Shown: piece after piece, positions 21,473 to 30,603 of the stretch | Layout of the letters: each line of letters opens with the position of its first letter | How positions within the stretch are numbered: position 1 is the first letter of the stretch | Source: Pirellulales bacterium | Lineage (GTDB): Bacteria; Planctomycetota; Planctomycetia; Pirellulales; UBA1268 | Direction: 5' to 3' | Assembly (NCBI GenBank): GCA_044342075.1 | Contig: JBIIQM010000005.1 | Coordinates: 1-59,500, forward strand | Length of the DNA stretch: 59,500 nucleotides | The notes under the pieces: model-generated | The model's input: only the letters and a program-made list of their open reading frames with translations | What the model was told of the DNA's origin: nothing | Database searches by the model: none | Position numbers and translations under genes: made by a program

Positions 21473-22468
21473 ATGAATCTCAATCAATCAGCGCTCGGAA
21501 TCGCCGAGCGGACGATCGCCGACGCCGCCCGCTTGGGGCTAGTCGTCCACACGACCGGCGGGGCGCGCGTCATCGACTGCGGCGTGAAGGCCGCGGGCGG
21601 CTCCGAGGCAGGCCTGGCGGTCGCGCGGGCGGCGATGGCGGGGCTCGGTCGCGTGTGGGTGGAGGAGCCCGGCGCCCACGGCGAGGGTTATGCCGCAGCC
21701 TGGCCGGGATGCGAGTGGCCGCTCGTCGCCGTCGAGAGCGACGAACCACTCGCCGCCTGCCTTGCCTCGCAGTACGCCGGCTGGAAGGTGTCGGCCGGGA
21801 AGTATTTCGCGATGGCGAGCGGCCCGATCCGCGCCGCCATCGGCCGCGAGGATCTGTTCGACGACATCGGCATGCGCGAACGGGCGAATGTCGCCGTCGG
21901 GCTGCTCGAGGCCTCGAAGCTCCCGCCGGAAGACATCTGCCGGCAGCTCGCCGCCGACGCCGGCATCGATCCCGCGGCGCTGGTGCTGCTCGTGGCCCGC
22001 ACGGCGAGCCCTGCGGGAACGCTGCAGGTGATCGCGCGATCGCTCGAGACGGCGCTCCACAAGCTGCACGATCTCCACTTCGACCTGCGGCGGATCCGCC
22101 GCGGCAGCGGCCGCGCGCCGCTCGCCCCGGTGCCCGGCGACGATCTCACCGCGATCGGCCGCACGAACGACGCGATCCTCTACGGCGGCCTGGTCACGCT
22201 CGAAGTGACCGGCGACGACGAGAGCCTCCGCGCGATCGGCCCGCGGATGGTGAGCCGGGCCTCCGCCGACTACGGCGCCCCCTTCTGCGAGCTCTTCGCG
22301 CGGGCCGGCCACGATTTCTACGCGCTCGATCCGGCGCTCTTCGCGCCCGCTTTGGTCGAGATCGTCAATCTCGACACCGGCGCGCGGCACCGCTTCGGCG
22401 GCCTCGCGCCCGAGATCGTGCGGGCGTCTTTCGCGGCCCCTGCCGGATCCGCCGCCACGGGAGCCTGA
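21473..22468 (+). CDS. mch: Methenyl-H4MPT cyclohydrolase
   Basis: IDCGV, LASQYAGW, MASGPIRA, VQ/LQVIARSLETALHK, GRTNDAILYGG, SADYGAPF, DFYALDPALFAPA. Confidence 0.96.
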   Translation: MNLNQSALGIAERTIADAARLGLVVHTTGGARVIDCGVKAAGGSEAGLAVARAAMAGLGRVWVEEPGAHGEGYAAAWPGCEWPLVAVESDEPLAACLASQYAGWKVSAGKYFAMASGPIRAAIGREDLFDDIGMRERANVAVGLLEASKLPPEDICRQLAADAGIDPAALVLLVARTASPAGTLQVIARSLETALHKLHDLHFDLRRIRRGSGRAPLAPVPGDDLTAIGRTNDAILYGGLVTLEVTGDDESLRAIGPRMVSRASADYGAPFCELFARAGHDFYALDPALFAPALVEIVNLDTGARHRFGGLAPEIVRASFAAPAGSAATGA

Positions 22469-22469
22469 C

Positions 22470-23381
22470 GTGCTGCGGATGGCGCTCCTCGGCGAGCCGA
22501 CGGGCTGGCATCTCGGCCGGCTCGCGGGCGCCATGCGTGGTCGCGGCCACGAGGCTTCCGTGGTGCGTTGGAACGAACTCGCGGCGGAAGTCGGCGGGAG
22601 CGACGCCTCCGCCGGCGAACGCTTGTGGCCCGAGGCCGTCAGCCGGGCCGATTGCGTCATCGTGCGCGGCATGCCAACCGGTGCACTGGAGGACGTGATC
22701 TTCCGGATGGACGTGCTGGGCCGGCTCGCGCGGCACGGCACGCGCATCGTGAATAGCCCGCGGGCGCTCGAGGTGGCGATCGACAAATATCTCTCGCTCG
22801 CCCGGATGCAGGATGCAGGGATCGCCGTGCCCCGGACGATCGTCGCCCAGGATGCCGCGGGCATCGAGCGGGCCTGGCACGCCCTCGGGCAAGACGCGGT
22901 CGTGAAACCGCTCTTCGGATCGCGGGGCCGAGGGATCGAGCGACTGTCCACCCACGCGGATCTGGACCCCTACCTCGATGCCGCCCGGCTTCGCGCGGCC
23001 AATCCGGCGGCGAATGGACCGCCGGCGGCCTGCTATCTCCAGGAGTTCGTCCCCCACCAGGGCTGGGACGTCCGCATCTTCTTGATTGGCGACCAGGCCC
23101 TGGCGATGCGGCGGGTCTCCAACGACGACTGGCGGCTCAACGTCAGCCGGGGCGCGAGGGCGGAACCATGGACGCCGCCGGACGACTGGGTCGACCTCGC
23201 CCGGCGGGCGGCCGACGCGGTCGGGGTCGAGATCGCCGGGGTGGATCTCCTGCCCGCCGCCGACGGACGGGTCGTGGTCTTGGAAGTGAATGCCGTGCCG
23301 GGATGGCGGGGGCTTGAAGGAGCGGTCGGCCGGGATGTCACCGCCCTCGTCGTCGACTACCTCGAGCGGATCGCGACCTGA
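22470..23381 (+). CDS. RimK-family ATP-grasp alpha-L-glutamate ligase (Orf5/MptN-like, H4MPT glutamylation)
   Basis: DKY, VVKPLFGSRGRG, YLQEFV, DVRIF, WRLNVSRGA, GVDLL, LEVNAVPGW; follows mch by 1 nt. Confidence 0.9.
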   Translation: MLRMALLGEPTGWHLGRLAGAMRGRGHEASVVRWNELAAEVGGSDASAGERLWPEAVSRADCVIVRGMPTGALEDVIFRMDVLGRLARHGTRIVNSPRALEVAIDKYLSLARMQDAGIAVPRTIVAQDAAGIERAWHALGQDAVVKPLFGSRGRGIERLSTHADLDPYLDAARLRAANPAANGPPAACYLQEFVPHQGWDVRIFLIGDQALAMRRVSNDDWRLNVSRGARAEPWTPPDDWVDLARRAADAVGVEIAGVDLLPAADGRVVVLEVNAVPGWRGLEGAVGRDVTALVVDYLERIAT

Positions 23382-23663
23382 TCTCCCCCAGATTGACACT
23401 TTCCCGCCCCTACAGTCAGGACATTTGGTAAATGCGACTCGCCGGACCTGCCTGCTTTTTGAGCAGCCGGGGCCCTGCCTCCGCCGTGGGCATCGCTGCC
23501 CAAAAAGAAGTCGCCCTCTTCCGTCGCGCCGCAAGTCGTTGATTTGCAAGCACTTGGTGCTGTCGCTTGACCGCAGCGACATCATCGAGGCGTACGCGGG
23601 ACCACCGGATGTCCTGCGGGCGAGACCGTCCGGCACCTGGGATCAATGGAAGGGCTTTGATAG

Positions 23664-24152
23664 ATGGCGACCAAGACTGGTGAATCGCACGGGGCGGCGC
23701 CCCAAAAGACCAATGGAGCGGCCTACGGGGCCAAGGCGGTGCTGCAGGTGGCCGAGCGACTCCACTCCATGGACCCCGAATGGGTCGTCTTCTTCCGCGA
23801 GGTGCTCGGCGTGGAAGGGGTCGTGCGCCGGACGTTTCAGGAGCCCGACGACCTCATCCGGTTCGAGTGCTCCCCCGAATACGCCCGGATTCGGGAGTTG
23901 CTCGACGACCTCCGCAACCGCCAACGCGACCGGCCGGCCGAGCGGGAGGCCCAGCGGGTCGTCACCGTCCGGATGCCCCGGTCCCTCCATGAAACCCTGA
24001 AGGCAGAAGCCGAGGAGATGCGGGTGAGCATCAACACCCTCTGCATCTCGAAGCTTCTCAAGATGCTCGACGAGGGGGGACGCCGTGACCTGGCGACGAA
24101 CCGCCCGCCCCAGACGCTGGCCGGGGTGGCAGACCTCGTGACGGATGACTGA
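23664..24152 (+). CDS. Hypothetical protein with C-terminal ribbon-helix-helix (HicB-like) domain
   Basis: VVTVRMPRSLHETLKAEAEEMRVSINTLCISKL fits an RHH beta-alpha-alpha pattern. Confidence 0.7.
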   Translation: MATKTGESHGAAPQKTNGAAYGAKAVLQVAERLHSMDPEWVVFFREVLGVEGVVRRTFQEPDDLIRFECSPEYARIRELLDDLRNRQRDRPAEREAQRVVTVRMPRSLHETLKAEAEEMRVSINTLCISKLLKMLDEGGRRDLATNRPPQTLAGVADLVTDD

Positions 24153-24552
24153 AGCGGACCTGTAAGCCGGGTTCTGTGCCCCGCCGTTCCGAGGAACGGA
24201 GAGGACGGTGACCATTTCTCTAGGACGCCGGTTGCCCGGCGCCTCCAGCAGCCGACCCGGAAGCGGGTGCGAAACGGGCCGTTTCGCGCCGATCCCGAAG
24301 GATCGAACTTCTTCCTGCTTGGCCTTGCTCCCGATGGGGTTTTCCGAGCCAGACCGGTCACCCGGCCTGCTGGTGAGCTCTTACCTCACCGTTTCACCCT
24401 TACCGACGGGTTGCCCCGCAGGCGGTTTGCTTTCTGTGGCACTTTCCCTGGCCTTGCGGCCGGTGGGCGTTACCCACCATCGCGCCCTCTGGAGCCCGGA
24501 CTTTCCTCCCGCCGACGGTTGCCCGCCGGCCGGCGATCACCCGGTCCGCTTC
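24151..24552 (-). ncRNA. rnpB: RNase P RNA, type A
   Basis: Minus strand has GAGGAAAGTCCGGGCTCC, GAAAGTGCCACAGAAAG and ACAGAACCCGGCTTAC; P1 formed by GAAGCGGACC/GGTCCGCTTC. Confidence 0.98.
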
Positions 24553-24762
24553 AGTCGATCCAAGCCAGTTATACCCGGCCGAGGGGGCGAATTCCCGCAC
24601 GACTCCACCGAGCGACGATTGATTGACTGTTTTGGAGCCTTGACCTACCCTTGCATTTGTGAGGAATGTGTGAGCGCGGGGCGGACGTCCCGAACGTTGT
24701 CCAAGAGTTGTACAAGACCGGATCGACACTGGACTGATCCTTTTCAAACTGCCGAGGTGCCC

Positions 24763-25185
24763 ATGTACGGTGAATTGCAGCCCATCGGCGGCGGTGACCC
24801 GATTCCGTTGCTCAAGACCAGCCTCGTCGTGGGGCGGCGCGAAAGCTCCGACATCGTCCTGCGGTTTCCCAACGTCTCGGGCAACCACTGCGAACTGTCG
24901 CTCGTGGATGGCTATTGGTTCGTGAAGGATCTCGGTAGCAGCAATGGCACGAAGGTGAACGGCTCCCGGGTCAGCGAGCAAAGGCTCGATCCCGGCGACA
25001 AGCTCTCGGTGGCCAAACACGAATATGAGCTCTCGTACGAGCCCGCCCAGCTCGGCGCGAAGGCGGCGCCCCCCGAGCAGGCCGCGTCGCGGGATCCCTT
25101 CAGCCGCAGCCTGCTGGCCACTGCCGGACTCGAGTCGCGGCAGGTCACCGAGCCACGGCAGACCAGGCAGCAGCCGCGGCGCTGA
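24763..25185 (+). CDS. FHA-domain protein
   Basis: VVGRRESSDI, VSGNHCEL, VKDLGSSNGTKVNG. Confidence 0.93.
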   Translation: MYGELQPIGGGDPIPLLKTSLVVGRRESSDIVLRFPNVSGNHCELSLVDGYWFVKDLGSSNGTKVNGSRVSEQRLDPGDKLSVAKHEYELSYEPAQLGAKAAPPEQAASRDPFSRSLLATAGLESRQVTEPRQTRQQPRR

Positions 25186-25197
25186 TACAATTCCGGC

Positions 25198-26382
25198 ATG
25201 GCCAAACCCCGGAAGCTGCGCGTCGAGTTCCGCAAGAATCGGGGAGCTCGTCGCCGTCAGGTGGACCTGACGCGGGCGGTGGAGGCCGATCTCGACCGGG
25301 CTGCCGACCTCGCGGCCACGGAACGCATCTCCGGCAAGGGAGAGCTCACTCGCAAGCGGACGGTCGTGGCCCGCGACGGCATCGCTGCCGGCGGTGATCG
25401 CCGCGCCGACGGGCTCGCCGTCGAGCCGGCATCGACCGGCACGTGGCGCGGGCAGGTGCTCAACGTCCACGGGCTCGAGAGCTTCGTCCGCACTGCTGAC
25501 GGCACGATCGTTCGCTGCACCACGCGCCGCCTCCTGCGCACGCTCTCCACCGAGCAGCGGCATCCGGTGGCCGCGGGGGATTGGGTGCATGTCCGCGGCG
25601 AGGGCCGCGAAGGCACGATCCAGTCGATCGAGCCACGGCGAAATTCGCTCTGCCGCTCGAGCCGTGGCCGGCGTCACGTGATCGTCGCCAATGTCGATCA
25701 GGCGCTGATCGTATCGAGCGCCGCCATGCCCAACCTCAAGCCCGGGCTCGTCGATCGGCTCATCGTGGCGGCCGAGGCCAGCGGCATCCGGCCGCTTGTC
25801 TGCATCAACAAGATCGACCTCGTGCCGGCCGCGAGCCTCGTGCCGCTGGCCGGCGTCTACGCCCGCATGGGATATCCGGTGATCCTCTGCTCCACGATCA
25901 CGGGCATGGGCGTCGCACGGCTCGCCCGCGAACTCGAGGGCCGCGTGACGGCCGTCGTCGGCCAGAGCGGTGTCGGCAAGTCTTCGATCCTCAATGCGAT
26001 CGCCCCGGAGCTCGCGCTTCCGGTGGGAGACGTGAGCCGCGACAACGACAAGGGCCGCCATACGACGACCACCGCGCGGCTGATTCCGCATGCCCGGGGC
26101 GGATCGTTCGTCGACACGCCCGGCGTGCGGCAATTTCAGCTCTGGGAGATCGTGCCGGCGGAAGTGCCGGCGGCATTTCGCGATCTGCGGCCGTTCGCCA
26201 ATCATTGCCGCTTCCCGGATTGCACCCACACCCACGAAGCCGACTGCGCCGTGAAGCATGCCGTCGCCGATGGCCTGCTCGACACCCGCCGCTGGGAGAG
26301 CTGCTGCCATCTTGCGGGCCACGAAACCGGAGCGGGCCGACCGGCCGACGACGACTTCGAACTCGACGAGGAGGCGGATTGA
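25198..26382 (+). CDS. rsgA: Ribosome small subunit-dependent GTPase RsgA
   Basis: Circularly permuted GTPase: NKID, GQSGVGKS, GRHTTT, DTPG, Zn motif CRFPDCTHTHEADC. Confidence 0.96.
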   Translation: MAKPRKLRVEFRKNRGARRRQVDLTRAVEADLDRAADLAATERISGKGELTRKRTVVARDGIAAGGDRRADGLAVEPASTGTWRGQVLNVHGLESFVRTADGTIVRCTTRRLLRTLSTEQRHPVAAGDWVHVRGEGREGTIQSIEPRRNSLCRSSRGRRHVIVANVDQALIVSSAAMPNLKPGLVDRLIVAAEASGIRPLVCINKIDLVPAASLVPLAGVYARMGYPVILCSTITGMGVARLARELEGRVTAVVGQSGVGKSSILNAIAPELALPVGDVSRDNDKGRHTTTTARLIPHARGGSFVDTPGVRQFQLWEIVPAEVPAAFRDLRPFANHCRFPDCTHTHEADCAVKHAVADGLLDTRRWESCCHLAGHETGAGRPADDDFELDEEAD

Positions 26383-27740
26383 CGGAGCGCAAGAGAACCA
26401 ACAGCGTGCGGAGCGAGAAGGCGGTGCTCGTCGGGGTGCTGCTCGAGCAGCCCGTGGATCCCGAGCATCCGCTCGATGAGCTCGGCGGACTGGCCGAGAC
26501 GGCCGGCGCGCAGGTCGTCGCCGAGCTCACGCAGCGGCGCGACAGCCCCGATCAGACGACCTACCTCGGCAAGGGAAAGGTGCAGGAGCTCTCCGCCCTG
26601 ATCGCCCACCACGACGCCGACGTCGTCATCTTCGACAACGATCTCTCGCCGGCGCAGACCCGCAACCTCGAGCGGGCCCTCGAGACAAAGGTGCTCGACC
26701 GTTCGGAGGTGATCCTCGACATCTTCGCGGCGCGGGCCCGCACCTACGAAGCCCGCCTCGCCGTCGAGCTCGCCCAGCTCGAATACTCCCTGCCGCGACT
26801 CAAGCGGATGTGGACCCATCTCTCGCGGCTCAAGATGGGGATCGGCATGCGCGGCCCGGGTGAGAAGCAGCTCGAGGTCGATCGCCGGCTCGTGGAGAAA
26901 CGGATTCACGACCTCAAGCAGGAGCTCCTCGAGATCCACGGCCGCCGCGAGCGGCAGGTCGCGGCGCGGCGCGACCACATGACCGTCTCGCTCGTCGGCT
27001 ACACCAACGCCGGCAAGAGCACGCTCTTGAACGCGCTCACCGGCGCCGACGTGCTGGCCGAGGACAAGCTCTTCGCCACGCTCGACACCCGCACCCGCCG
27101 CTGGCGGCTGCCGGGCTGGGGGCCGGTGCTGATCAGCGACACCGTCGGCTTCATTCGCGACCTCCCTCACCGGCTGATCGCGAGCTTCAAGGCCACGCTC
27201 GAGGAGACCCATCAGGCCGATCTGCTCCTGCACGTGGCCGATGCCTCCAGCCCGCTCGTCGACGCGCAGATCGCCGCCGTGCGGGGCGTGCTCGCGGAGA
27301 TCGGCGTCGCGGAGACCGACACGCTGCTCGTGCTCAACAAGGTCGACGCGATCGCCGACCCGGTCGTCCGCGACGCGCTCGTGGCCCGCTATCCCCAGGC
27401 GGTGACGATCTCCGCTCGCACCGGCGCCGGCCTGCCTGCGCTCGCGCAGATCGTGAGCGACTGCCTCGGCCGCGGGTTTCGCGATGTCGATGTCGATACG
27501 ACCCCGGGCAATGGGCGGCTCCTCGCTTGGCTCGGCGCCCATGGCGAGGTGCTCTCGCGGCACTTTGCCGACGACCGCATGACGATTCATTGCCGGCTCC
27601 CTGCCGCGTTGCTCGGCCGCATCCCGCCGGGCGAGGCGACCGTGCGGATGCACGGCCGCACCGACGCCGCAGCTCACGATCCCGAACCCTCCGCCAGCCC
27701 TCATGACGACGCCGTGGAATCCACCTCCGTCCGCTCCTAA
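26379..27740 (+). CDS. hflX: GTPase HflX
   Basis: GYTNAGKST, LFATLD, DTVGFI, NKVD; TTG start overlaps the rsgA TGA. Confidence 0.96.
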   Translation: MTERKRTNSVRSEKAVLVGVLLEQPVDPEHPLDELGGLAETAGAQVVAELTQRRDSPDQTTYLGKGKVQELSALIAHHDADVVIFDNDLSPAQTRNLERALETKVLDRSEVILDIFAARARTYEARLAVELAQLEYSLPRLKRMWTHLSRLKMGIGMRGPGEKQLEVDRRLVEKRIHDLKQELLEIHGRRERQVAARRDHMTVSLVGYTNAGKSTLLNALTGADVLAEDKLFATLDTRTRRWRLPGWGPVLISDTVGFIRDLPHRLIASFKATLEETHQADLLLHVADASSPLVDAQIAAVRGVLAEIGVAETDTLLVLNKVDAIADPVVRDALVARYPQAVTISARTGAGLPALAQIVSDCLGRGFRDVDVDTTPGNGRLLAWLGAHGEVLSRHFADDRMTIHCRLPAALLGRIPPGEATVRMHGRTDAAAHDPEPSASPHDDAVESTSVRS

Positions 27741-28563
27741 CGCCCGCCGCCGCGGCCCGCGCGTGCTCTCGGGATCGACGGCACTCGTGACCGGCGGATC
27801 GTCCGGGGTCGGCCGCGCGATCGCCCTCGACCTGGCCCGCCGTGGCGTCCGCGTGCTCGCCACCGCCCGGCGTGCGGACCGGCTCGCGGCGCTTGCCGCC
27901 GAGCCACTGCCGGCCGGCGCTGCGGGGATCCTCGTCCTTACGGGTGACATCACGTCGAGCCACGAACGCCGCGCGATCCTCGACGAGGCGGCCCGGGTGT
28001 TCGGCGGCCTCGACCTCGTCGTCGCGGCGGCGGGCAGCGGCGCCGTGGGGGAGTTTGCCGACGGCGACCCCGCCACGCTGCGAAGGATCATGGAGATCGA
28101 TTTCTTCGCACCGGCTGAATTGATCCGTGAGTCGCTGCCGCTCTTGCGTCAGAGCCGTGATCCGGCCATCGTCCTCGTCGGCTCGATCCTCGGCTACCAT
28201 CCGCTGCCACTCCACGCCGAATACTGCGCGGCCAAGGCGGCGCTGCGATCGCTCGCCGGCTCGCTGCGGCAGGAATTGGCCGCGGGCCGTGAAAGCCAAC
28301 CGCCGGTGGACGTCGTGCTCGCGAGTCTCGGGCCGACGGAGTCGGAGTTTTGGGACAACCTCGTCGCGGGGGAGCGGCCCCGGTGGTCGCGTGGCAGGCC
28401 GCTCTCTGCGTCGGCGACAGCCGCGGCCGTGAGCGACGCGCTCGTGCGTCGCCGCCAGGAAATCCTGCCCGGCTGGTCGGCCAAGGGGTTCGCGTTGGCG
28501 GCGCGGCTCTTCCCCCGGCTCATCGACTCGATCGTGGCGCGGCGGTTACGATCGCGGGCATGA
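27703..28563 (+). CDS. Short-chain dehydrogenase/reductase
   Basis: TGGSSGVG, AAAG, YCAAK; exact start uncertain. Confidence 0.9.
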   Translation: MTTPWNPPPSAPNARRRGPRVLSGSTALVTGGSSGVGRAIALDLARRGVRVLATARRADRLAALAAEPLPAGAAGILVLTGDITSSHERRAILDEAARVFGGLDLVVAAAGSGAVGEFADGDPATLRRIMEIDFFAPAELIRESLPLLRQSRDPAIVLVGSILGYHPLPLHAEYCAAKAALRSLAGSLRQELAAGRESQPPVDVVLASLGPTESEFWDNLVAGERPRWSRGRPLSASATAAAVSDALVRRRQEILPGWSAKGFALAARLFPRLIDSIVARRLRSRA

Positions 28564-28579
28564 TTCCTGCACGAGTCCG

Positions 28580-28960
28580 ATGAACACGCTGCCGCCCTCC
28601 ACCTTCGAGCCCGCCGACGAGGAGCCGCTGCTGGCGGTGGCCTGCCCGTGGTGTCACGGAGCGATCGCGGTCTCTGCAGCGCTCGCTGGCCAAGCCGCCG
28701 GATGCCCGATCTGCGCGGGCGGCTTCCTCGTGCCGCTGCCGCCTCCTCTGGAGTTCCCGCGGCCGCGGGACGAACTCGAATTCGATGAGCCTCCCCAGGC
28801 GACGATCGAAGCCGACGGCGGCCTGATCGAACTGCGCCGCCTCGCGCCTAAAGAGCTGGCCGCACGCCGGGCCCGTCGCAACGTCCTCATGCTCGTCTCG
28901 GGCATGGCGATCCTGATCACGATCGTCCTCACGCTCGGCCGCAAGCGGCGCAAGAAGTAG
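28580..28960 (+). CDS. Hypothetical Zn-ribbon membrane protein
   Basis: CPWC...CPIC, proline linker, C-terminal TM helix then RKRRKK. Confidence 0.7.
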   Translation: MNTLPPSTFEPADEEPLLAVACPWCHGAIAVSAALAGQAAGCPICAGGFLVPLPPPLEFPRPRDELEFDEPPQATIEADGGLIELRRLAPKELAARRARRNVLMLVSGMAILITIVLTLGRKRRKK

Positions 28961-28976
28961 GCCGAAACGAGGCGGG

Positions 28977-29867
28977 CTAGAGCCGCTCGCCGATGGCGAG
29001 CAATTCTTCGGCGTCGAGCACGGCGTCGTTCGATTCGAAGAGCCTGGCGATCGCCGCCCGGTGAATCTTCATCTTCGTGCCGCCCACACCGAGGGCGCCG
29101 TAGACGACGGCCGCGCCATCGGCCCGGGCCTTGTCGGCCGCCACGATCCCCTCGATGCCGGCCGGGGGCACGGCGTTCAAATCGATGAGCACCCGCGCCT
29201 TGAGGGCGGATGCCCGACCGGCGGCGTCGAGCAGCGTCGTGCCGGCGGCGCCGGCCGCCACGATGAGGTCGGCCTCCTGGATCGCGGTTCGAAGGTCACC
29301 GACGGCGGCCGCGGAGTCGGCGCTCGCCACGGCTTCGATCCGCGCTCCGGGCACCTGGCCTGCGATCCGATCGCAGACCTCCCGCGCCCGCTCGATCGAT
29401 CGCGAGGCGACGCTCACGGCGACTCCCTTCCGAGCCAGCAGCCTTGCCACCCGTTGCCCCACGGGGCCGGTGCCCCCGAGCACCACCGCGCGGTGCCGCG
29501 CGGCCGTCTCTGGATCGGCGATGGGCAGGTGCCGCGCGGCCGCGACAACGGCCGCGCTCGCGGTGGTATTGGCACCATTCGGGTCGAGCATCGCGCCCAC
29601 CCGCACCGGGCCAAAAAAAGTCTTTCGCACGCGCTCAAACACCGCCTCGGCCGCGCCGACGTCGGAGCCGCCGACGAAGATCGCGGTCGACGCGAGATCG
29701 GCACCGCCGCGGGTGAACATCGCGCCATGCACGAGCGGCACGACGTTGGCGGGCGTCACTCCGCCGTGCCGTAAGAGCACGTCGGCCCCCGCATCGACAG
29801 CCACGACCGCATCGAACGTGCTCGGCTGTGCATCGCAATCGAGCTGAATCAAGATCCGCTTGGGCAA
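28977..29867 (-). CDS. mtd: NAD(P)-dependent methylene-H4MPT dehydrogenase (MtdB/MtdC family)
   Basis: PSTFDAVVAVDAG, VHGAMFTRG, DPNGANTTA, GGTGPVG, DLNAVPPAGIEG, GALGVGGTKMKIH; TTG start. Confidence 0.93.
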   Translation of the reverse strand: MPKRILIQLDCDAQPSTFDAVVAVDAGADVLLRHGGVTPANVVPLVHGAMFTRGGADLASTAIFVGGSDVGAAEAVFERVRKTFFGPVRVGAMLDPNGANTTASAAVVAAARHLPIADPETAARHRAVVLGGTGPVGQRVARLLARKGVAVSVASRSIERAREVCDRIAGQVPGARIEAVASADSAAAVGDLRTAIQEADLIVAAGAAGTTLLDAAGRASALKARVLIDLNAVPPAGIEGIVAADKARADGAAVVYGALGVGGTKMKIHRAAIARLFESNDAVLDAEELLAIGERL

Positions 29868-29927
29868 GGGAAGAATCTCCTGCTCGAGTCCGCGAGCGAT
29901 GAATGCTGCACGAGAAAATCATCCGCG

Positions 29928-29959
29928 GGAATGAGGGGCGGCAGGCCGCCCCTCATTCC
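29928..29959. terminator. Perfect 15-bp hairpin between fae and mtd
   Basis: GGAATGAGGGGCGGC-AG-GCCGCCCCTCATTCC; no clear U tract on either strand. Confidence 0.6.
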
Positions 29960-30019
29960 ACAGCGGACGTTCGTCAGGCCAAGGCGGCTGCGGCCATGAA
30001 TAGCCCTGCCGCCTCAGAA

Positions 30020-30517
30020 CTAGAAACCCTTGAAGGGGTGCGCGGCCTTGTCCTTGCCGGCGATCATCTCGTCGACGGAGGGCTTGCCCTTCATCGCGTT
30101 CGAGATGGCGTCCATCGTGGCCTTGTAGTTGTAGTCGTAGATCTTCTTGTCGTCGGCGGCGAGCCAGTGGATGAACACGCCGCAGACGATGACGAGGTTC
30201 TCGGCGTCGCTCTTCGGGATCACGCCGGCGGCCACGCTGTCGGCCACGGCCTTGGCGACGGCGGCCTGCGCGGGGCCGAACATCTGCACCGCCTGCTTGG
30301 CGCCCTTGATCGTCACCTTGGTGATCATCACGGTGGCGGGCTTCACGGCGAGATTCGGCGTGAGCACGGCGAGGAGGTTCGAGTGGCCTTCGCTCTGGCG
30401 GGCCAGCGCGTTGGCAAACGCAACGCCCACGGGGCCGTCCTTGCTGCCGATCAAGAGATCGATATGGGCGATTTCGTTTCCGTCGCCGGCCAGTGCCTCG
30501 CCAATGAACATCGACAT
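30020..30517 (-). CDS. fae: Formaldehyde-activating enzyme
   Basis: GEALAGDGNEIAHIDLLIG, KPATV, QMFGPAQAAVA, VFIHW, YNYKAT. Confidence 0.97.
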   Translation of the reverse strand: MSMFIGEALAGDGNEIAHIDLLIGSKDGPVGVAFANALARQSEGHSNLLAVLTPNLAVKPATVMITKVTIKGAKQAVQMFGPAQAAVAKAVADSVAAGVIPKSDAENLVIVCGVFIHWLAADDKKIYDYNYKATMDAISNAMKGKPSVDEMIAGKDKAAHPFKGF

Positions 30518-30603
30518 ATTCCCTGTCTCCTCAAAAAAAGTGTCTCACCATAAAGGCCCTCGTGCGACGCACGGAGGCGGGCGACAGGATACCATTTGCC
30601 CCC

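Noticed and set aside
24208-24762. Long N-terminal extension of the FHA ORF
   Set aside because: It overlaps rnpB antisense; the real start is the ATG at 24763
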